From positions 4,464,001 through 4,528,000 of the forward strand of contig NC_092672.1 in assembly GCF_964355755.1 (NCBI RefSeq): 64,000 nucleotides of DNA, given 5' to 3'. This stretch comes from Antedon mediterranea. Lineage: Eukaryota > Animalia > Echinodermata. The translations under genes and the position numbers were made by a program. Below are positions 35,211-50,200 of the stretch, piece after piece (within the stretch, counting starts at the first letter, position 1; the number at the start of each line of letters is the position of its first letter). The notes under the pieces were generated by a model, which saw nothing but the letters and a program-made list of their open reading frames with translations, made no database searches and was not told the origin of the DNA.

Positions 35211-38200
35211 ATGGAAGCCGAGTCGCCACAAAAGTCTCCTTCTTTCGCTAATAAGCATGATGAAGACTTAGATTTTTTAGATTTACTTGAAAGTGACAGT
35301 TCTGATTTAGATGAAGATATCAGACATAAAGCGAATAACACAAGTATTTCAGCGAAAAACCTGTCCAAGTCTAGGCCTCACGATTCAAACAGATCCATCC
35401 CTCTATCGTCACCTGAAAAGCAGCTGACGACAGGCGGAGAAACAAGTGATATTGTCGGCCTAGGTTTAGACGAAGACGCTAGACCTGTAACTGTAAACGT
35501 ATTCGCAAAAATAAAAACGTCTGGAAAATATGGGTATGATTGAAATATTGTATTCAATATTATTATTTTTGTACTATACATTTTTGTATAAATTTTAAAA
35601 ATATACTTCATTCATATCATATTCATTTTCATATCTATTTTCTCTAAAAAAAATAATTTAAAGAGCAAATTATTATTATTTACTAGAATAAAATGAATTA
35701 TGTGTAAACAATGGCCTTGTAGTATACAGCAGGGTTAGTTATAACAATACTGTAATAATAATCTTTTTTTTAAACTATGAATTAATAAATCACTAAACTG
35801 TGATTTATTTATAGAGATAGGATAGATAAACCTTCCACATCTTCTTCAATTATTCAACAAGTATTGAAGAAATTTGAAAAAGATGATGATAGTCTGCCAT
35901 CAACTTCTTCCGTAAGTTAACCATTTAATTTTTTTTTTTTGATAATTCAATAAAAAATATAAAATAGCTACATGATAAATTTGTTTCAGTCTCTGATTAA
36001 AAGCATTCCAACTCTGCAATGGTGCAATGTTAGCTGCCAAGACAAATGATGAATAATGATAATAATGGCAGTCATATAGAGCCTAATACAAGCACTTTAC
36101 ACACAAAAATTCTCCAAATATCCTATGATAAACCAAAAATGTAAGAAGAAGCAGTAGAACCATTTCTCCAGCACTTTGAAGCTCCCATTAGAGCTCGCTG
36201 TGGGTATCAGTGGCTAGATCTAAATAAGGATCAGTATAAATAAAACATTTTTTTTTAAATCAAAAGTAAAACAGCCAGAAAGAGAATGCCAAGTTTTAGG
36301 ATAATACTAATCCTTATAAAGGCAAAAAGATTATGATAAAACTTAATTTATAAATATTTTTTATTTTTATAATATTTCAGAATATCAGAAGATATGAAAA
36401 CAATCCTCAGAATGCATTTGTAACAGGTTTTAATGTAATGTCAAAGGTGAGAAATAAGCAATATATAAAAAAACCTGAGCTTGCACATCTTTTTCTATGT
36501 TTTCTCCAAATATTTTATTTTGAACCTTGACTTGAATAAATTTATTTGGTCTAAAACTGTGACTCAAAATAAGTATGCACTTAACTTTGTTTCAATGTAT
36601 GGAACTTTTCCTTGAACTGATTCTAATCACAACTATCAAAATTAAATGTATCTGGTAAATGCTCCCTCTTGAACTTGATTTACGTTACACTAGTCGCCAA
36701 TGACTCGTTCACGTTGATTAACTTCTTCCCATATTCTTTCCTTAAGGGTTCCTAATACTTAGTCCAAATTACCTAGTTTAGTAAATTAATTACCAGAGTA
36801 TTGGACTTAATTAATTGTAGTTTGTATCTCATGACATGGTATTCCTCAACACGCTACAGCTGTTCAGTTACAATTTTAAAGTTTAATCAGCCGAGTAAAT
36901 TTGTTTACGTACATTTATTTTAGACCAACAGATGGCAAAAATCTTTTTCAACAAAGTCTTAAGCTCTGTCTATACTATCAAACTAGTTTGACAAAAAAAA
37001 GTGTGATATCCCTTTGTAGTGATATGGTAGTGATATAACATCATCATGTCCATATATGGGCACATCATTATTTTTTGTCAAATAAAGGTTGATAGTGTGG
37101 ACATGGCTTTAAGATTCAATGCAGAGAGTTTTAAGGAGTTATTAATTTGGTCTTGTTCAGTCTCATAATATTAAATTTCTTGCCCATTGATATGCCTACA
37201 TAATAACACATGAATTAATCTAACCCATGTTAACCTCATCCTCACCCCTCTTTGATGTCTCCTTGCGCATAATTATGCTTTTCCCTTCATCAAACATTAC
37301 TTCAAGTGGTTTTTTGTTTATCATTTCATCTATTCTTTGATGTGGTCTTAATCATGCCATCTATTTATCCCCCTCTTTGATGTGGTCTTAATCATTCCAT
37401 CTCTTAACCCCCCCCCCCCCCCCTCTTTGATGTGGTCTACATTATAAATGACCCCTGCCATTCACATTCTATTGGGATAGTGTACCACTAAGGGCCTGTT
37501 TCTATTGAAAAATAAAAAAAGAACGGTTTTTTGGAAACCGGTTTCGGCTGTTGTTTATAAATAAAGATCGCGTTGCAGCTCAATTTTTACTCCAATAAAA
37601 CCGGTTCCGTCCATGTGCGTTCGTTATGAATGACATCATTATATACACCACAATGCAGTTCGTTAGGCGGAAGCGTGATTGGATCGAGGTCATGTTTACT
37701 TTTTTTCGCATAGCGCGATCCCCAAGAAATAGCATCCATTTCATCATAGAAGGGGGAATTATTACCTGAAACGTTATTGTGGTCCTTGGTTAAAGTATAG
37801 GTACTATGATTGGCCTCTGATATTGTCAAGTTGAACTCGTCTAGCTTTTACACGCTTTATAATATTCTTAAAAACATGTAGGCCTTAGGCCTACGTGAGT
37901 CTTTCTTCCGACTCCCGACAAGTCCCCTCATCTTCTTCCCTTCACATATTTTTTACAAACCTCGTAATGGCATCGGTCAACATTTTTTAGTTAAATAAAA
38001 TACTCACTATCTAGAGAAATAAAGGTTTGACTGCGAGTTGACCGCAATCGTCCCAGTGCAGCAGACTGGAGAGTTCAGTTTTTGGGGTCAAATTGAGACC
38101 GCGATTGTGTTGCAGCTAAAATTTGCTCCACGGAAACCGGTTTCAGAACGGTTCTTGGCGATCGAGACCGCAATCAATTGGGGTTTTTGAAACCGTTTTT

Positions 38201-41200
38201 AAGATCGGTTTTTTTTTGTGGTTTTTTGTGGGGACCCATTTCTGCTGGCAAGAAAAAACGGTTCTTGAAAAGAACGGTATTCAAAACCGTATTCTCTGCT
38301 CTATAGAAACAGGCCCTTAAACTGTATCAGGGAGCTATATCAACTAGTAATAGAATACTCTCTGTTTTATAAAAATGAAACTAAACGTGACAGATTAAAA
38401 GTGAAAGTACTATTTTATCAAGTAGTATTTTCTTTAAATCAACTTGGAAATATTTTTATTCAATTACACTATTATCTATTTAGGCAATTACATATTTTTT
38501 TTTAAATACTTAGGACAAAGCTGAAGTAAAAATAATCTTTTAAACCATAAAAATATTATAATATCTCTATGTTTCAACCCATTTTACCAGTTCATTCCTG
38601 TTAATTATGTTCATACAGTATATTTAGTAAAGCTCTGTCAACACTATCAAACTAGTTTGACAAAAAAGTGTGATGTGCCCAAATATGGTAGTGATATGCC
38701 CAAATATGGTAGTGATATGCCCAAATATGGTACTTGGTAGTGGTATGCTTAAATATGGTAGTGGTACAATATGACATCATCATGTCCATATATGCGCACA
38801 TCACATTTTTTTTGTCACATAAAGTTTGATAGTGTAGGCAGAGCTTAAGATCGCATTGGAAGAGAGGGTACAAGGGAAATTTATAGCAGATGAAAATGTT
38901 TTTTCACGAATGTGAAAAAAAGGACTTCTTATCTGAACATTTTGAATGTGTACAAGCCTGTTTTATTTTTCACAATCATTTGGCAGGTGACTGATTGCAG
39001 ATGTGTAATATTTGTCGTTTCTTCATGGACTTTCAGAAACTGACCACTTTATTTTATAAATAAAATCATCATTATGATTGGATTTGACATATTTTTACTT
39101 CTGAGGCTTAAAAAAGTGCAAACATCAAAGATACAAGACTTTTTTATTTGGTCATAATATATTAGTAGCAAAAAAGGAATAATATTCCAAAAAAAGGGTT
39201 GTCTACAGTTTTAAAATAGGGTGTGCAAAAAGGTTAAAATGACTCAGTAAGTCCATTTTATATTCACATATAATATACTTTCCTCCTAAAAATTTATATA
39301 AATTTCATATTTTAATACAATCAAAATTACATTTTCGGTTAATAGTTTATTTTCAACTATCAATGTTTTGAATTCATAGATATGGTAGGTGGTTGCTAAA
39401 TCTTCTATTTTAAAGCCCATACTGTTCTCAATATTTAGCAATGTAATTAGCAAAAATACTCAATTGCTGTAGCTTGGTGGATAACATGCTTGCGTTCCAA
39501 CCCTAAGGTCCAGGGTTCAATCCTGGCCTAGTTCTAGGGGTTTAACTCACGACTCTTTCAACTCCACTTGCTAAGCCTAGACTTAGTTTATAAGCACGAT
39601 AAATTATAAAATAGTTTATCCATCCTGTAATTGGCGAGTTTCTTGCTGTTGGATGCGTATGAAATTAAAAAAATTACGAAAATTTCAGTAGTAATTCATT
39701 ATATAGTAAATTAGTCCAGTTAATCGGATTTATTATTGTATTCATAATCATATAGTTTATATTATAAAAATTTAGGTTTAAAAAAAAAATTAGGATCAGA
39801 ATTTACAACAAAAGGAACAGCAATCATGTTGAACATACAAAACTTTTAATATTTAACAAGTATACATTTTAGACGGTAGACTCTCTTTGTAAGCTTAGCA
39901 CATAAGCGCAATTGTCTACTTATTTACGTTTTTCCGTCACAACTTGGAACTTGGGTGTTTTAAAGAAAAATTATCTTGAACATAAAACAATTTTAATATT
40001 TTGCAAGCATACATTTTAGACGGAGACTCGCTTTGTAAGCTTGGCACACGAGCGTAAATGTCTACATATCATTGCTTTTTGTTCATTCCGTCACAACTTG
40101 GAATGAGTCAATACATACATCACCATATTATGTGTCCAATCATTTGCATTTATTGAAGTAAAAAAAACAAGAGCTTTGGAATTAATTCCTAATGTCAAAG
40201 TTTACTCTTATGAAACTTTGGAAAAGTAAACTGTTTTGTCAGCTAATGGGCGGAGCATGTCAAAATGGGAAGACATCACTACCTCCAAACTGACAACAAC
40301 CTAATGAATAATTAAATAATCTTCAAGTTTCCATAGCAACAGCTCAGATTTCAACCGCAAATTAGGAAATACGTGATTTAATCTCGTAATGCAAATTAGA
40401 AAAGGAAAAACCAAAAAGGTTTTTTTTTTAATACGTCGAATAAGTATTTGACTTTAGTTGCGTGTCAATGCGTAATTAGTCAGGCTTAAGTACAAGGCTC
40501 GCGTCCCTTGGTAGGTTCTACTGTCACTTGTGATGATCTTCACAGTCTAAAACCTTTTTTATCATACTTTTTGAGGTAGTAATATTGTTATGTAAAAGTA
40601 GTAGGAAGTTCTTCTTAAAACATTCTTTTTTTTTAATGATTTCTCAACAACTACAAATTCTCTCATTTTAAATAAATAATTAATTATACAATTGAATGCA
40701 AATAATTTATTATGCCAATTTACAAAATGGCCTGTTGCAAAATTCTAATTCTTTTTAAATATACTATTAAATAATATGTTGAAATAAATAAACTTTAAAA
40801 TTCTTTCAAATATTTGGTCTTAAAATAACCCTCTTTTAAGACACACCTATTAAGGGACGCTTTCTTGTGAAAAAAAAGGCGCAATAACTGTTTTACGAGC
40901 ACGTCAGTCAAGCCCTGTTCTGGGGACACCCCTATTAAGGGGGCACTCTTGAGTTCCGGAGAAACCCCTTTATAGGGCTTCTACTCTATGACAATAATGA
41001 TGTCAAATCACTACCATATTTGGGCATATCACCGCCATATTTGGGCACACTTTTTTTATCAAACTAGTTTGATAGTGTAGACAGAGCTTTAGATTCATAT
41101 TTAATATTATATTATTCCACAATTGAAACAGTATGTACATCATTCTCTGTTGATTCGCTGGATACCGAATTGTCACGCATTCCGGATTGTGTAGGCGACC

Positions 41201-44200
41201 ACCACGCAGTGTCGCAATTATAACTTTAAATGTCTGCACAATCATAGCTTAACATAGAAATAAAATGCTCTAGTTTTATTAATGATTGTGGTTTTAATGT
41301 ACTGCCGCATGAGTATATGATTATGAGGAGTATATGATTATGAGTAATATATCAATATTTTGTTAATTTAGGAAAAAATACATTTATCTATTGATAGATT
41401 ATGTAAGTTAAGCTGACTTTCATCACATAAGATAGCCAATGAAAATCCTTGTATTTTATACTGTTTTTTCCCATGCGTTCTCATTGGTCAATGAATAAGC
41501 ATTTAGATTAAGAACTTCAACAGCCAATTAGATTCATTGTAGTAGGCTTTTCTGATCACTGTTCAGCCTATCAATCTAATCACATTAGATCATATGTAAA
41601 GTAACTACTTTCAACAGCCAATCTACTATTCACTTTTGTTTATTTAATTTCTCAGCGTTGATTGTACAGTACTGCCAATCCGAATCATTCTTTTAAATTA
41701 TCAATTCATTTTCAATTGTATATACAGCATTGATCTTGTTAAAAACAATACTGTCTCTAATTAAAATCAAAACCTTTGGTAACCAATCACATCATTGTTA
41801 TTTATCTGCTGTTTAAAATATCAACTACTCTTAATAGCCAATCAGATCCATTGTTATTTACCTACTAGGCTTTCTACTTATAAAACTGATCCTGCCCAAT
41901 GTTGCAGTACGGCCTCATTTTCAATTCAATTATTCTTGATGAGAGTTTGTTTTGCTTCTTCCTGACCAGGGATCTGTACAGCATCCTGTTCGTCCTACAA
42001 GGGGCTTTTTAATATGTGATTCACCTCCCAGAGACGTTCTTGGGAAGGGGAAGTATGTTGGTCAGGCGCCAGCGTTCTCTTGGAACTAGTCGTTGTGTGT
42101 GCACTTGCTGTATGGTTGAAGGTTATTCGATGTAACCACACTACTCGCTCGTCAGGCTAATGCCTGTGTTATCCTCCGTGTGTTTTCTACTTTGGTTGTC
42201 CTACATCAGTGGTTTTTGATAACTGCCCATGGAGCCTTCGACGTTTTAATAACTGCTCATGGAGCCGTTCAACTGTCCTCTAGCCAAAAAATAAATTAGT
42301 TTCAAAAGGACAACAACTTAATAATAATTGTTTATCAGAGAATAACCTACTAATATTTGCCTGTATTATTAGTTTTCTTGATGCCAATATTGCTGAGGTA
42401 AAAACAAGTCCAATAACAAATGACATATGGCTTATCCTACAGTACACCCAAAGATTTTAATTATTGTAAATATAATTTACAATTTCCATTGTTTATATTG
42501 ACAGCATAAGTAGTTTAGTAAATTGATGCTAAATAAGGTTTAAAGACCTGTCCATTTTGTTATTAATTAATAATTAATTAATTTGAAAAATTATTCTACT
42601 TTTTTTCTTGGGAATGTGGTGTTCCAAAAATTCATAGCTGTAAATCCTAACACACACACATTCACATGACTAAATACATTATTATCAAATGCAAACTTAA
42701 CTTCGCAGAACGTATTAAAATGAAAGCTCATTTTATAAGGTTAATTCTCTTATGGGAATTTTAACACTTGGCACTGTCCTGTGAGACTTGAACGATATAT
42801 TAGGAAATTAATAACTTGGGGTTTCTGACCACTAACTGGCCACTTGACCCCTTTCAATTCTGGATATTACGTAGATTGACCTAGTAAACTACAAAATTCC
42901 AACATTTCCTACCGACATCAAATATAATATCTGATAATTAAAAACAACAATCAACGGTTTACAATTTGAAGCGGACGTCCCACGTGTGACCCTCAAGCGT
43001 TTCAAGAACATTCTTTATCATTCCCCACCAAGTGTTTCAAACTAATTTCTCTTACGCTCAACCCCTCAAGTACTTAATAGACATCAGCATCTACGATAAA
43101 ACTAACTTCAAATAATCAGACGGAAGTCTTGATACAATATTTCGATCTAGTTGATATCATAAATGACATGAAATTGTCAAAAGACATTACATATTTGTAA
43201 AATAAATTGTTTTCAGAACAGTAAAAAAAATTACAGCTGAGTTTTACACCCGTAAAAATCAGAAAAGGTTTACAATTACTGTATTTTTAAAATAATTTTG
43301 TTTTTGTTTTGATTAGAGCCACCTTTACAAATTTGACATCTCTAGTAAATCAAAAATAGTTTTTATTCATTTATTAATATTCAGTTTCGTTGATATTTTT
43401 ATTTTTATTGATTTCTTAAAATAGAAATTACCTGTAATACGAAAACAGTAGCCGTCAAAATATTAAGTAACATGCGGCCAATATAAATTTGCTTAAAATA
43501 GTCAAGATGTTTTTGAGGTTTTTTGTGAGGTTTTGCAGCGCCGTTGGATCTGTCCGTACAGCACCTGGTGAGGCTCAATCGACAAGTACCAAAATGAAAC
43601 AATCCATCCAATACTATTTACAGCTCCAGGGATACAGTTAATTAAATTCTAGTTTTCTGTCAGTAGTAATGACATCCGTGGCTAATACTATTTACTCCCT
43701 CTTACTCATTTGGTGAACCAGATATAAGATTTGTTTTTATTACTTTTTAGATTATCAATAAAATAAACTACTTTTTATAATAATAGAAAAGAAAGTTACA
43801 TCATTTAAACATAGATTGGCTTTTATGAACAAACTTTCCGAAGAGGAACAAATGATGTTTGAAATAATTTTAGCGACTTGCTTGGTTGGTTTTACTGTAT
43901 ACATATTATGGCCATCCTCTAATTTTAAGTGCTTTTATTATTTGAAATAAATAATAAAATAAATCAAAATATTATTTGAATACTATTTGTAACTATACAG
44001 CTGACACTACAAAAAACATATTTTTCTTTATTTTTCAAGTGTCCCTTTAATATGGGCATTTGTCAAATTGGCCCTTCTTTCTTCTTAAATGAATTTATAA
44101 CACCATAAAGTAGTTCCTTTTAAATTCAAAGAATCCAATCAGGCCTTCCCTACCAAAATCAAATAAACTCCTGATACTGTACACTGTCAGCTGGCCATTA

Positions 44201-47200
44201 CAGATAGTGATGCATTTGAAAACCCTCTTCTTGGATTAATAATCTAAAGTCCTTGAAATTGGAACTTTGTACCCCTTCCTTAATGGTTCCAAGTTGTGAT
44301 CAATATTGGTGGACCCTTTTTTTATATTCTTCCTTCCCTTAATAGAACTGTTCCTCCTTGAACCGTGTACCATTTCCTTCGTGGTGTTCATTTCCCATGG
44401 CGAATGACACCATGTTGGATTGTGAATTTTTATTTTTATACTGAATTTGACAGATTCATTTTATTACAGGTTGATGAAAGAAATCAACAGGTCTTCTAAA
44501 ATTTTGTAAATCTTGTTTATGGTGGTAATAATGAGAAAATCTCTTTTACCTTTAGTTTGATTGACATAGGAGACAGATGCCTTATCTAACGTTAACATCT
44601 AGAAATCAAATACCCTGAAAACGTTTTCACTTTTGCCTTTTGCCGGCTCGCTTCAAACGTATTTTCAACGAGGAGTGGTTTAGATAAGGAGGAGTGTAGG
44701 TCTTTACTAAGCTTACTAAAGTCCTATATTCAAGGTTTTACGTGACATATTTTCAAATGTCAAATCTAGTACTTAGTCTTTTCAAAATTATTTTTTTAGT
44801 TGTAAAAACTATCTAAATATTATTTAACAATTAGTGTCACACACTTGTCACTAAAAAAAATTTGGCCTCGGTATGAATTTGAATTTTTTTAAACAGCTTT
44901 GTATCGTTTAATACACCTTATGTTCTTAAATATTTATCACAGATCTAAACCATTTAAAAATTAATTATTATTAGTTTTGTTCAGTTAACAAACAACAGCG
45001 ATGACAAATATATTTAATTAATTTTATAATTTCTTCTGCTTCTACAGTATGCATGTTAATTTTAAACATAAGTTTTTTAATTTCTAAAAATTGTATTATT
45101 TAATATACAATAATCACAATTTTGACATGGTTGTAAGTTTTTATCATTTCCAATATTAGCTTACATTATGATTTACAATATTTATTTTTTTGAAATACTG
45201 ATATTAATAACATAATTGTGAGTCAGAGTACATTAAAATCTTTTTTTTTTCGCTATTGAGTGAGTGCGTGAGAAGAAACTAACATACATTGAATGAATAC
45301 ACAATATGTTTTATTTTAAAGGAAGTCATTTATATTCCTAAGTAAATATTTTTTTTATAATTATTTTTAAAACAAATGAACAAAGTAATAATAGGTCATT
45401 CTTATATAGCGCATAAGCATGCTCTCAATGCGCTACACATTATACCCCGGTAGTTTTTTTCCAAACACGTATGAAAACTTACTCCCATAATAGTGCAGCT
45501 ATAAGTAATCAGCGCAAACCATATGGGAATAATTTATTTGATTATTTTATGTCTATTTATAATAGAAATAATAAATAAATAAAAAAATTAATATTTTTCA
45601 GCAAAAATATATTTTAGAAACATAGATTCATAATATCAAAATCAACCAATTATATAAGTTTAATTAATGATAAGAATACTTGAGTAGAAACCATCTTTTG
45701 AGACACCTTTAAGCCTGTTTTCCTGTCGACGTTATTCGACGCTATCGTTAACAATAATCGGCTATCTTCTACGTAAACATTGAAATGTTAACGATTTACA
45801 GGAAAAGGTACTCGGTATCGTTATCATTTCAACTTGATCGTTTTCAAACGATCGTCGTTGAACTGTTAACGATCAACGACGATAACGTCGAATAACGTCG
45901 ACAGGAAAACAGGCTTTATAAAGGGGACATTTTCCATGAAGAAATGAGCACAAACACTAAAGACAAACTTTATTCAGAGGACACTTTTTTTGGTCCGAAA
46001 TGTCCCTTAAAAGGAGTTCTACTGTATTTTAAAAAAAACCTAGCAAAGAAATATTAATGAATATTGATATTTAACATTGCTTAATAAAAAAAAAATGTTT
46101 GTTTTGTTTACAGGAAAATGTTAATGAATATATCAATTCAAACATAATCAAATTAGGGAAATTAATTGTAATTCTCAGGCCGAATGTCTTTTGGGTTCTT
46201 TTAGTTTCAAATTGCGTTGTTTTTACAGACTTGTCAAAGTAGAAAGCATTTGTATTATTTCGCCACCCCAGTTGTGCAGCGTTAATAAACTGTAAGGCAT
46301 CAGATTATTGAAATGCCTGAAGGATATACAGCCACGATTTACTCTATACATTACAGATAAGGATTATTGTTGAACGATGTAATTAGGCAGATGCAGGTTC
46401 AACAGAAATATCTCGTGGTTTACTGCGTGATCTTGACGCTACCGAAAGATCTGACATATTTTTTTGGCCAACTACTGCAGTGTGTTTAAATATGTAACCT
46501 TTGATTGTGTCTAGTCCAATATGCAAATACAGTATCCATGAAAAAGAAATGTCATTTTAAGTAGGCTAGTCCGTTGACAGGCAACAGTTACATATCAGGT
46601 TTATTACGAATAAAAAATACTTTTCAATTTATAAATTGTAGCTGTCAGCGTTAATTTCTATCAACAGGATGAAGAATTAAAGTGGGTAGTGAATTAGTAT
46701 CCATTATGGCCCTCGTTATTTGCCTCCTGCAGGAACCTCATCCCAGACGGATGACTTCACCACCTAGTCCGCCTATTCACCATATATGATGAGGTTTATC
46801 ATGCAATGATCTAATCCACGTACATGACTTCAAAGTGAAACATAGTCTATGTGACACTAGTGATTACGCGTACGCAAGCGTATTGAGAGTTAAATATCCC
46901 AGAGGGTCAGAACATTGAACACTTGGTCCGTACGGTACGTTACTTGTGTATCAAAACACATTAAATGCTTGGACCGCGAGGTACATGTTTTACTTGTGTA
47001 CATTATTGTTGAATATTTCATTGCAAACAAATGCTTTTAGATAACTCATTCATACTTTTGCATGGTAGGAGGCTTGTACAAAGAGGAATAGCAGAGCAAA
47101 ACGATTTGGAATTGTTAAGAAGGAACAAGACGACGTAATCGAGGAGCATACATCACAAGAGAAGGAGGTCGTGATTCGCATTCCAAAGAAGGGATCTAAA

Positions 47201-50200
47201 ATCGGTAAGTAATGATTGCTATCCAAGTTATTAGTTATCGTAGAAAACATTTATAACCTAATTCTTCTGACTTAGTAGTTAAGTTTATACCAATGTGTGT
47301 ATTTAATTAGTTTCCTTAAACTAATTTATATAACTTTGACTTCTTAAATTGCAAATTGATTGTGTAGTATTAAAACATACTCTGAAAATATAATTATTGA
47401 TAAATAAAACAACAAATTTGCTTACAGTATGTTGGCTTCGTTGCCTTATATGAAATGAGTATCTAAACTAGTTACTATGCTGAGATAATAAAGAACATCT
47501 TTTTTAAACAATTTAAATAAAATTAAAATTTAGAATATCACTGCTTAAACTTTAAAGCAAATATTCTTAATATAAATCTTATATTTAAAAAATAATTCAA
47601 AATGATTTTTCAATATAAGAAACAAAAAACATTTTACCAAAGCTGTATTCGATACTAAAATATAAAACGTACAGTAATCTAACAAAAAAAAAGAAAATTT
47701 TCCTGATCACAAACATTTATCCATCAATCATCTATAACCTAACTTAAAATAATTAAAAAGCTATTATCATACCAATACCTGTCAGTGTTTTGTAATATTA
47801 AGAATTCCATTCAGATATAAAGGATTACTAAACAAATCATTAACGTGATGACAGCTATTTGAACACATTGATCCGCCACAATGATTAACTATTTTTCCTT
47901 TATTTTTGTTAAATAATTTGAGTTGTTGAAGGATTTTGTCAAATAATATGCGGTTTCTATTATCATTATGAATTTGAGTTTATTTAATTTATTTTATTTA
48001 GAATACTATAGTATGTTGCTACTGTAGTAACTGTAATATTTAGCAAAGTAAACTGCAATTGAGAAGTAACTTTTTTTTTAAAAGTTTTTTCTTAAACCAA
48101 TTATTTGTTCAAATAAATTAATCGTCCATTCTGGTTTTTGCTGCCTACTGTAACTTGTAAGTCATATTTGATGTATGCATGATGAGGGTGAGCCTACTCC
48201 AGTTGAGGTTGAGTACTTAGAATTTCAAATTATTTATTCTTTTCCTGGACTTATCCCATATAATGCCGTGATTCCCATTGTAAATAATTTTATATTTCTT
48301 TTTTTTTTATTTTAATATTTGATTTGTGTTAATATGTTATATTAACACAAAAAATCAATCAATCAATTCATTTAAATTGAAAGTTTATTTCAGACTGATG
48401 AAAGAACAAATAAATAAATAGATAATTATCACCAGATACTTAATAGAATACAGTTAAATTCACATGAACACCTACTATTACTGTATAACCAGCCTCTTAC
48501 AGCACTCAATAAATAGTGGTTTATGGTCAGTTACACCTAATTAGAAGACAGCACTTTGCCGCAAAACATTTAGATAAAAATAAAACCACAGAACCTGACC
48601 ATTGCCACAAAAGAAGCCGATCTTTCCGGCCTTTCTATTTGCCGATAGATCTACCGATAGATCTACAGCTAACAGTTGATGATAGGATTTTACCTCCAGG
48701 CTATGCGGCAACAAGAACTATAATTTTGAGCTATGTCTGCAACATTTTTATCATTCTAAATGACTAATAAAAACAATATTCAAATTGTCTGAGATATTTT
48801 GTGAAAGTTGGTATAGAAAAAAACTGACCATTAGGGATGGTATGATTAAGTGTGACAGCCCTTAATATAAAACTTTAAAGTGTTGCTCATCTGATATGGC
48901 TGCAGCGTTAAATAGTTCAACTTATTTTTTTTTTTACCAATCTATTACCTCTGCGTTTGTTTGATGTGAAATTACAGTATTATAATTAACGATTGTAATT
49001 ACAAAATGAAATGTAGGTTCAGGCCTTTTGTCTTTTAAAAATTATATGTGTGCTACAAATTGCACTCCTCTATACATTCAGGGATGCTGTAGGTGTGCCG
49101 TTTGTATGTTGGTGTGTATAAGTTTACCAAATTTAAGCGTGTTGTAAATCGCACTCCTCAAGGGCAGTTTAGGAGTGTGATAGGTGTGTGGTCAAAGAAG
49201 TGATCAAATAAAAGGCTGGGTTTCGCTGCCTAAGTCATATTTAACACGCAGTGGATATGCATGAAAAGGGAACCAACCCCAAATCAGGTTGTGGTAGGGT
49301 ATGGTGTGTATAAAATTATTATTTTTACATGTCCCTGGGCTTATCCCATACAGTTTTATTGCTTATTTGATGTGCATGGCTCCAGCGTAATAACTTATAA
49401 ACTAGGCTTGGGAATGATGCTCTATAGAAAACCAACCTGTAATAATGATGGCATGACACAGAAGCGGTATAATAGTGTAACACAGAGAATTGTTTTTGCA
49501 ATTACCACGACTAATGATTGACACTGGCAATTGACGAATAAGCAATATGATTTATTCTGGCAATTGACGAATAAGTATTATTCAAATCTTTTGATTGATG
49601 TCAACAAAACACAAGTTAGGAACTATAGACTCAATACATTCAAAGATCATATTTTCACATTTCTTTGGCAATAATATTTAATTATATGATTGACAATAAA
49701 TGTAGTTGATGATTTTTTTGAGTGAGAGCATTTTTAGATGAATATCTACGAGTGGCGGACTCTCGGGGGAGAAGAGGAAATAGACAGTCACTTTGATTCA
49801 GGAAGACCGTATTGATGGGGTGTGTGTTCAAGTGCTTTAGCGTCGAAATCTGATTTGCAATCTTTATGCAGCTGTTCATATTCGCTGCATGTTTCCAAGA
49901 TTTTAACCAATAAACTTATTAATTGTAATGTAAGCATTAGCTGATGTAGAAGTTATATCAAGTACTATTAATTTATTGTCGGAAATTAAAAAATCATTAT
50001 CTAAGTTGGAGAAACATTTAAAGTTTACTGTCGGAAAAGATTGTTTAAAAAATATCTAATAATGTTTAATTCACTGTCGGAAATTCAAAAGTTTAATGTT
50101 TAAAAAAACCTTTTGAGAAACGGCTATCTTAATTTGAAATTCATTTTCATGGTAGATAAGTTTATGAAATATTTTAATTTAATTTTACTAACTTGTTAGC

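Noticed and set aside
11965-39530. tRNA genes at the A/B-box sites
   Set aside because: No intact cloverleaf; they continue into shared bodies and A-rich tails, so they are SINE heads.
43056-43473. Nested - strand secreted-peptide gene (MLLNILTATVFVLQ followed by CAG|GTAATT)
   Set aside because: The candidate downstream exons tried (43056-43090, ~42880-42930, ~40205-40300) all reach a stop within 10-30 codons and resemble no known family.
49737-49795. Poison exon of NCBP3 (acceptor TTTTTAG, in-frame stop after 19 codons)
   Set aside because: No convincing donor, and such acceptors are common by chance in AT-rich introns.
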